A stretch of DNA of 32,000 nt, taken from Acidobacteriota bacterium. Its GTDB lineage: Bacteria > Acidobacteriota > Terriglobia > Terriglobales > SCQP01. The notes below the pieces were generated by a model, which did no database searches, was not told the DNA's origin, and saw only the letters and a list, made by a program, of their open reading frames with translations. Location: the NCBI GenBank assembly GCA_021789895.1, contig JAJYIU010000005.1, positions 43,239-75,238 of the forward strand. The letters run 5' to 3'. A program made the translations under genes and the position numbers. Shown here one piece after another: positions 26,256-32,000 of the stretch; positions within the stretch are counted from its first letter, which is position 1, and the number at the start of each line of letters is the position of its first letter.

Positions 26256-27908
26256 TTAGCGGCCTGCCTCCAGCTCATACGGCATCGCCGTCCCCATCGC
26301 CGCGCGCCGCAGCGCCGCCGGCAGCGCCGTGAGCAGATCCGTCGCCAGCAGCGCCCGCTGCCCCCATTGCCGCATTGCCAGATCGCCCGCCAGCCCGTGC
26401 AGATAGACCGCCGCCGCCGCCGTTTGGAAGCTGTCGCCCGACGCCTGCTGCGCCCATAATCCCGCCATCAACCCGGTCAATATATCGCCCGTCCCCGCGG
26501 TCGCCATGCCGGGATTGCCGCTGGTGTTGATCGCCATGCGCCCGTCCGGCGCAACCGTCAGGCTGCGATGTCCCTTCAACACCACCACCGCGCCCGTCGC
26601 CTGCGCCAGGCGCCGCGCGCATCCGGCGCGGTCGGACAGGATCGCCTTCGTTTCCACTCCCAGTAGCCGGCTCATTTCACCCGGATGCGGCGTCAGTATC
26701 ACGGCCGTACGCCCCAACCGCCTCTCGGCTGCCGACGCCAGCCCGGCCAGCGCCTCCAAATCGCCGGCAAAGGCATTCAGCCCATCCGCATCCAGCACCC
26801 AGGGAACCGGAGCCCCGGCCAGCACTCGTTTCAAGGCCGCTACCGTCACTGCTTCCTGGCCCAGCCCGGGGCCGGCTGCGAGTATGTTTTTCCCCGCCCA
26901 CAGCCCGCCTTCTTCAAACTCCGCCGCCGCCGCCAGCGCCAGCGCTCCGCCTGCGGTTTCCGGTAAAGGATGCGTCATCAGCTCCGGCCGGTAGCCGGCG
27001 ACGATTGGCAATATCCCCGCCGGCACCGCGGCGGTCGCTAATCCCGCGCCCATGCGCAAGGCCGCGGTGGCAGCCATCGCCGCCGCGCCCGATTTGCCTC
27101 GCGATCCGGCCAGCACCAGCACGTGACCGAAACTCCCCTTGTGCGACGCCGCCGGACGCGGCTTCAGCAGCGGGCGCGCCAGGTCCGCGTCACCTACCCA
27201 GACGTTGTACTCGGAACTTTCCAGCTCCGCCGCCGGGGTGCCGATGGATTCGATCCGCACCCTCCCCGCCCGGCGCGCATACGGGCCCAGCAGTTGCCCC
27301 AGCTTCGGCGCCGTGAAGGTAATCGTCCAATCGGCCTTCACGATCGGAATTTCCTTGTCCTCCGGCGGCGCTTCGCGGGTATATGCGCCATCGGCAGGCA
27401 GGCCGGAGGGCATGTCAATTGCGACTAGCGGCACGTCCGCGCGGCGTTGGTTCAACCATGCAATCATTTCCGCGCCAATGCCCTGCGGCGGACGGTCCAG
27501 CCCGGTGCCGTAAATGGCATCCACCAACAGCTTGCTGCCTTCCAAAAGAGCTTGCGCCTCGCCGGCGCGCTCGGCCACCACCGCCGCCGGCTCCGGCGCC
27601 TCGATCTGCAGCCGGTTCCATGCCTGCAGCGCCTCGCCCTGATAGGCTTCGGGTTTCGCCAGCAGGATCACGCGCGCGGCGCAGCCCTGATTCCGCAGCA
27701 GCCGCGCCGTTACCAACCCATCCCCGCCGTTGTTGCCCTTGCCGCACACCACGGACACCGGACCGCGGCTGCGTTCCGGCCAGGCGCGGCGCAGAAATCG
27801 CGCCACCGCCGCCCCGGCATTTTCCATCAACTCCGGTCCCGAAATGCCGTGTTCGCTCGCGGTGCGGTGATCCACCTGCCGCATCTGCGCCGCCGACAGC
27901 ACCTTCAT
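26256..27908 (-). CDS. nnr: Bifunctional NAD(P)H-hydrate epimerase / ADP-dependent NAD(P)H-hydrate dehydratase
   Basis: 550 aa, MKVLSAAQMRQVDHRTASEHGISGPELMENAGAAVARFL...VVCGKGNNGGDGLVTARLLRNQG; C-terminal VILTPHPGEMSRLLG...GHRSLTVAPDGRMAINTSGNPGMATAGTGDILTGLMAGLWAQ. Confidence 0.95.
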   Translation of the reverse strand: MKVLSAAQMRQVDHRTASEHGISGPELMENAGAAVARFLRRAWPERSRGPVSVVCGKGNNGGDGLVTARLLRNQGCAARVILLAKPEAYQGEALQAWNRLQIEAPEPAAVVAERAGEAQALLEGSKLLVDAIYGTGLDRPPQGIGAEMIAWLNQRRADVPLVAIDMPSGLPADGAYTREAPPEDKEIPIVKADWTITFTAPKLGQLLGPYARRAGRVRIESIGTPAAELESSEYNVWVGDADLARPLLKPRPAASHKGSFGHVLVLAGSRGKSGAAAMAATAALRMGAGLATAAVPAGILPIVAGYRPELMTHPLPETAGGALALAAAAEFEEGGLWAGKNILAAGPGLGQEAVTVAALKRVLAGAPVPWVLDADGLNAFAGDLEALAGLASAAERRLGRTAVILTPHPGEMSRLLGVETKAILSDRAGCARRLAQATGAVVVLKGHRSLTVAPDGRMAINTSGNPGMATAGTGDILTGLMAGLWAQQASGDSFQTAAAAVYLHGLAGDLAMRQWGQRALLATDLLTALPAALRRAAMGTAMPYELEAGR

Positions 27909-28214
27909 CGCTCTGTGCCTTTCATCCAGGTTGAATTCGAATTTAGTTTACTCTTGGAGCTTATTACATCCCGTTTCATTCTGTTGGAGCCTGGCAAGCG
28001 CCATGGGCGAATTCTGCAACATTGAACGAGGGGCCACGCTCGCCAGCTCCGGCCGTGATTTTGCCGCTTCCCGGGGTTGTGTATCCTGAATCCTTGCGCA
28101 GTTTAATTCTCCCCGGCCATCGGCCTCGCCAACCCCGCCATGCTGCCGCCGGCCGCTGCCCTCCCGCATCGCCGCGTCCTTATCTAATGCTCCTTTATAA
28201 TTGAGAATTAAGCT

Positions 28215-29054
28215 ATGCCCGGCTTATCTCTTTTCTGGGACCGTGTCGCCCTTAGCTTTTATACTCTTGGACTTTTAGCCACGATCGGCGTCCTTTTTTG
28301 GCATCAGGAGCGGTTTTTCTCTTTGGTGCGGCGCCTGATCGGATTGGGATTTTTGTTCCAACTGGTCAGCGTGGTCGAAACCGGATACCTCGCCCACCAT
28401 TTCCCCGCGACCCAATATAGCGAGACTGCCAACCTGCTTTCATTATTGATCGCAGGCATATTTTTGCTGGCCTGGCGGCTCTATTCGCCCCGCGGCCTGC
28501 CGCTGGTGATTGAGCCGCTGCTGTTTTTGCTGACCTTCAGCTCGATCTATGGTCCGGTTGGCAGCGCGCGTATCGGAATCCAGCCGGCCGCCCAGGGCCT
28601 CCACAATCCCTGGATTTACTGGCACATCATCCTGAGTCTTTTAGGAATCGCGGGCCTGGCGCTGGCGGTGGCCGGCTCGCTGCTCTATCTCTGGACCGAG
28701 CGCCAGTTGAAGCGCAAGCCGCTGCGCGCCAGCTTGGCGCGTGCCCTTCCGCCGCTGGAAACCCTCGACCGCATGACCTATCTCTCATTGTTGTTCGGTT
28801 TTCCCCTGCTGACCCTGGGGCTGGTCATCGGCTTCTATCGCGCCGGTTTGCAGTGGGGCGTTGCCGGCCTGCACGATCCTAAAATTCTGATTTCGGTCCT
28901 CACCTGGGCGCTGTTTTTAATCTTACTTTTCGTGCGCTGGTCGTCTGGCTGGCGGGGCCGGCGTTCGGCGTTATTCATCCTGGTTTGCTTCCTGGTCGCA
29001 GTGGCCGGCTGGCTTTCCAACAGCTTCAGCCATCTGCACGATTTTGTCCGATGA
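28215..29054 (+). CDS. CcsA/HemX/YpjD-like cytochrome c assembly-type membrane protein
   Basis: 279 aa multi-pass, LNPWIYWHIILSLLGIAGLALAVAGSLLYLWTERQLKRK (actual: LHNPWIYWHIILSLLGIAGLALAVAGSLLYLWTERQLKRK), LDRMTYLSLLFGFPLLTLGLVIGFYRAG; directly upstream of hemA. Confidence 0.85.
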   Translation: MPGLSLFWDRVALSFYTLGLLATIGVLFWHQERFFSLVRRLIGLGFLFQLVSVVETGYLAHHFPATQYSETANLLSLLIAGIFLLAWRLYSPRGLPLVIEPLLFLLTFSSIYGPVGSARIGIQPAAQGLHNPWIYWHIILSLLGIAGLALAVAGSLLYLWTERQLKRKPLRASLARALPPLETLDRMTYLSLLFGFPLLTLGLVIGFYRAGLQWGVAGLHDPKILISVLTWALFLILLFVRWSSGWRGRRSALFILVCFLVAVAGWLSNSFSHLHDFVR

Positions 29055-30499
29055 CGCTACAGGTTTACGGACTCAGCCACCACACTGCCCCGCTCGAGGT
29101 GCGTGAGCGCCTGGCGCTGGCGCCCGAAGCCGTGCCGGCGGCGGTGGAGCGGCTGCGCCGTCAGGAGCACGTCGTCGAAGCCCTGGTGCTTTCCACCTGC
29201 AACCGTTTCGAAATCTGGCTGGAAACGAATGACGGCCAGCCCGACCTCTTCGCCTGCCTGCAATCGGCCAGCGGCCATAGCCTTCCCGTCGCCACCGCCG
29301 CCAATTGTTATAACCACGCCGGGCGCGACGCCGTGCGCCATATCTTCCGCGTCTGCGCCAGCCTCGATTCCATGCTGGTCGGCGAGCCGCAAATTTTAGG
29401 CCAGGTGAAGCAGGCTTACCGCTCCTCGCGCCAGGCCGGCGGCCTCGGCCCCAGCCTGGAATTGGCCTTGAGCCGCGCCTTTTCTTCGGCCAAGCGCATA
29501 CGCTCCGACACCGCCCTGGTGGGCGCCTCGGCGTCGCTCAGCCATGCCGCGGTTAAGATCGCGCGCGGCATTTTCGGATCGCTTGCCTCGCGCACCGTGC
29601 TGCTGCTCGGCGCCGGCAAGATCGGCGCCGCCGCCGCCCGCGATCTGCATCTGCAAGGCGCCGGCCGCCTGCTGCTGGCCAATCGCACCGCCGAACGCGC
29701 TGCGCTGCTCGCGGCTGAGATCCAGGCGGAAGCGCTGCCTTGGGATCGCTGGCGCCAGGCCGGGCCTCAAGCCGACATCCTGCTCAATAGCATTCCCGGC
29801 CCCGATTTGGGGCTGGCTCGCGGCGAGGTGGAACACTGGCTGCGCGAACGCCGCCAGCGCCCCATCCTGCTGCTCGATTTGGCCGTGCCGCGCGCCCTCG
29901 ATCCCGCCATTCATCAGCTCGAACAAGCCTTCCTCTATAACCTCGACGATTTGCAGGACGCCCTGGCCGAAAATAAGGCCGAGCGCAGCCGCGCCGCCGC
30001 CGCCGCTGAAAAGCTGATCGAACATGAAGTGGATAAATTCCTCCAGCGGCTCGAGCGGCGCGACGCCGCGCCCCTGCTGCGCGCGCTTCAGGCCGAGGCG
30101 GAACGCTTGCGCCAGCTCGAACTGGACCGCCTGCGGCATAAATTCGGCCAGCTTACCCCCGCCCAGATCGCGCTGCTCGACGAGCTGACCCGCGGGCTCA
30201 TGCGGAAATGGCTGCACCGCCCCCTGGTCGAACTGAAAATGGCCGCCGCCGAAGCCGATGGCGAGTTGCTCTCGGAGCTGGCGCAGCGGCTTTTCGGCTT
30301 GTCGCCCGATGCCGCCGATGCTGCAGAACCGCCCGAACCATTGGGCGCCGATGCCGCCGCTCCGCTCCCCGCTCGATCCCCCGCCGGCCCATCCCCGGCC
30401 GGCAAATCCTCCTCCATCCCTGCGGCTCCGGCCCCCGATGGCGTCCGCTCCTCCTTTTCCATGCCGCCCGCGCCCGGCGCCGCGGTGGTGAAATCCTGA
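29051..30499 (+). CDS. hemA: Glutamyl-tRNA reductase
   Basis: MTLQVYGLSHHTAPLEVRERLALAPEAVPAAVERLRRQEHVVEALVLSTCNRFEIWLE...VRHIFRVCASLDSMLVGEPQILGQVKQAYR. Start reassigned to ATG 29051, ATGA overlap with the upstream gene. Confidence 0.96.
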   Translation: MTLQVYGLSHHTAPLEVRERLALAPEAVPAAVERLRRQEHVVEALVLSTCNRFEIWLETNDGQPDLFACLQSASGHSLPVATAANCYNHAGRDAVRHIFRVCASLDSMLVGEPQILGQVKQAYRSSRQAGGLGPSLELALSRAFSSAKRIRSDTALVGASASLSHAAVKIARGIFGSLASRTVLLLGAGKIGAAAARDLHLQGAGRLLLANRTAERAALLAAEIQAEALPWDRWRQAGPQADILLNSIPGPDLGLARGEVEHWLRERRQRPILLLDLAVPRALDPAIHQLEQAFLYNLDDLQDALAENKAERSRAAAAAEKLIEHEVDKFLQRLERRDAAPLLRALQAEAERLRQLELDRLRHKFGQLTPAQIALLDELTRGLMRKWLHRPLVELKMAAAEADGELLSELAQRLFGLSPDAADAAEPPEPLGADAAAPLPARSPAGPSPAGKSSSIPAAPAPDGVRSSFSMPPAPGAAVVKS

Positions 30500-30500
30500 C

Positions 30501-31451
30501 GTGGCGCCCGCCGCTTCCAGCTCTTCCCTGCCGCCGCTGCGCATTGGCACGCGCGGCTCGGCCTTGGCGCTCTGGCAAGCCAACTACGTCCGCGCCGAGT
30601 TGGAGCGCCGCGGCTGGCCCGCGCGCCTGGAAATCATCGCCACCAGCGGCGACCGCTATTCCGCCCGCCTCAGCTCGATGGGCGGCAAAGGCTTGTTCAC
30701 CCGTGAAATCGAGCAAGCCCTGCTCGCTGCCCGCGTTGATCTGGCTGTGCATAGCCTAAAAGACGTCCCCGCCGAGTTGCCGCCGGGCTTGGCGCTTGGC
30801 GCAATTCCCGAGCGCGCCGACCCGCGCGACGTGCTCCTCGCCGCCGGCGGCAAAACCCTGGCCCAACTCCCTCCCGGCGCCCGCGTCGGCACCAGCAGCC
30901 TCCGCCGCCGGGCGCAGTTGCTCGCCCTCCGCCCCGAGCTCGAAATCGTTCCTCTCAGCGGCAATATTGATACCCGCCTGCGCAAATGGCGCGCTGGCGA
31001 AGCCGCGGCCATCGTGCTCGCTGCCGCCGGCCTGCTCCGCCTGGATTCGCAGCAGGGCATCAGCGAATGGTTCGATCCGGGCGTCTTTCTTCCTGCCGCC
31101 GGACAAGGCGCGCTCGCCATCGAATGCCGCGCCGATGATGCGGCCCTGCTTGAACGCCTGCGCGCCTTGCATCATGCCCCCTCCGCCGCGGCAGCCGGCG
31201 CCGAGCGCCGTGTCCTCCAGGCGCTCGGCGCCGGCTGCCAATCTGCCCTCGCCGTTCATGCCGATTCCATGGCTGAAGGGCTGCGCCTGCGCGCCCGCCT
31301 GTTTTCTCCCGATGGACGCGAATGCCTCAAGGCGGAAGCCCGCGGCCCCGCGCCCTTGGCCCTGGGCGCGGAAGTGGCGCGGCAGCTCCAGCTTCAGGGC
31401 GCCGCGCGCCTGCTGCAGTTAGGCGCCCGCCCCGCCCCTAGCTTGCCGTGA
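30501..31451 (+). CDS. hemC: Hydroxymethylbilane synthase (porphobilinogen deaminase)
   Basis: GTG start at 30501; LRIGTRGSALALWQANYVRAELE...GGKGLFTREIEQALLAARVDLAVHSLKDVPAELPPGL...RVGTSSLRRRAQLLALRP...GNIDTRLRKW. Confidence 0.96.
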   Translation: MAPAASSSSLPPLRIGTRGSALALWQANYVRAELERRGWPARLEIIATSGDRYSARLSSMGGKGLFTREIEQALLAARVDLAVHSLKDVPAELPPGLALGAIPERADPRDVLLAAGGKTLAQLPPGARVGTSSLRRRAQLLALRPELEIVPLSGNIDTRLRKWRAGEAAAIVLAAAGLLRLDSQQGISEWFDPGVFLPAAGQGALAIECRADDAALLERLRALHHAPSAAAAGAERRVLQALGAGCQSALAVHADSMAEGLRLRARLFSPDGRECLKAEARGPAPLALGAEVARQLQLQGAARLLQLGARPAPSLP

Positions 31452-32000
31452 GCATTGCCTTGAGCGCCCCTGCCACCCCGCTCGCCGGACGCCGCATCGT
31501 GGTCACCCGCCCGCGCCGCCAGGCCGGCGCTCTGCTCGATGCGCTGGCGCAGCTCGGCGCCGAGGCCGTCCCGCTGCCGCTGATTGAAACCGTTCCCCCC
31601 GAGGATCCCCGCCCGCTCGATGCCGCCCTGCGGCGGCTTGATCAATATCAGGGCATTATATTTACTAGTGCCAACGGCGTCGAGGCGTTTTTCGAGCGCG
31701 CCGCCGCCCTCGGCTTCTCCCCGTCGCCCCCCGCCGGCTGGCTCTGCGCCATTGGCCCGGAAACCGCCCGCCAACTCGAGCGCCGTGGCTGGCCTCCCGC
31801 CATCCTGCCGCAGCGTTATGTCGCCGAGGGCATTCTGGATGCGCTCGCCGGGCGCAGCCTGCAGAACGCCCGCATCCTCATCCCGCGCGCCGCCGAGGCG
31901 CGTGACGTTTTGCCGCGCGAGCTCGCCCGCGCCGGCGCCCTTCCCGAAATCGTCGCCGCTTACCGCACTCGCATCCCCGCCGGGGCCGCCGCGCTCGCCC
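31448..32000 (+). CDS. hemD: Uroporphyrinogen-III synthase, 5' part; gene runs off the right edge
   Basis: GTG start overlapping hemC stop (GTGA). Translation (M)SIALSAPATPLAGRRIVVTRPRRQAGALLDALAQLGAEAVPLPLIETVPPEDPRPLDAALRRLDQYQGIIFTSANGVEAFFERA; position after hemC. Confidence 0.9.
   Translation, partial: MSIALSAPATPLAGRRIVVTRPRRQAGALLDALAQLGAEAVPLPLIETVPPEDPRPLDAALRRLDQYQGIIFTSANGVEAFFERAAALGFSPSPPAGWLCAIGPETARQLERRGWPPAILPQRYVAEGILDALAGRSLQNARILIPRAAEARDVLPRELARAGALPEIVAAYRTRIPAGAAALA

Noticed and set aside
29396-30583. 395-aa minus-strand ORF
   Set aside because: Antisense to hemA and the start of hemC.

Overview
The window reads as high-GC chromosomal core DNA, Acidobacteria-like by gene content (an inference, not a database result). 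I see no CRISPR array and no mobile element. Supported content, left to right: 5'-partial GH15 protein (-); standalone SenB/TIGR04348-type glycosyltransferase (+); large secreted BNR/sortilin-like protein (-); three-gene cassette GlsB/YeaQ-like, thioredoxin-like, GlsB/YeaQ-like (+); OmpA-family protein (-); FkbM methyltransferase (-); tRNA-Ala(GGC) (-); pyrG-kdsA (+); M48 protease (+); ftsW/murD/mraY (-); tdk, deoxyribosyltransferase-like, queF and YihY/BrkB genes (-); mog and moaC (-); CocE/NonD hydrolase (+); secreted hypothetical (-); DsbA/thioredoxin-fold protein (+); PAS-LuxR regulator (+); nnr (-); ccsA/hemX-like-hemA-hemC-hemD (+). The strongest unusual signal is an in-frame TGA at 5756-5758 in the thioredoxin-like gene. 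It sits exactly at the first position of a CxxC-type redox motif (U-G-G-C). A well-placed Shine-Dalgarno precedes the upstream ATG at 5660, and a perfect 7-bp hairpin with a CGGGTC loop follows 16 nt after the TGA, as expected for a bacterial SECIS. This is a candidate selenoprotein that standard ORF calling truncates to 5774..6271. A SenB-like selenosugar synthase homologue lies about 4 kb away, so two independent selenium-linked signals occur in the first 6.3 kb.
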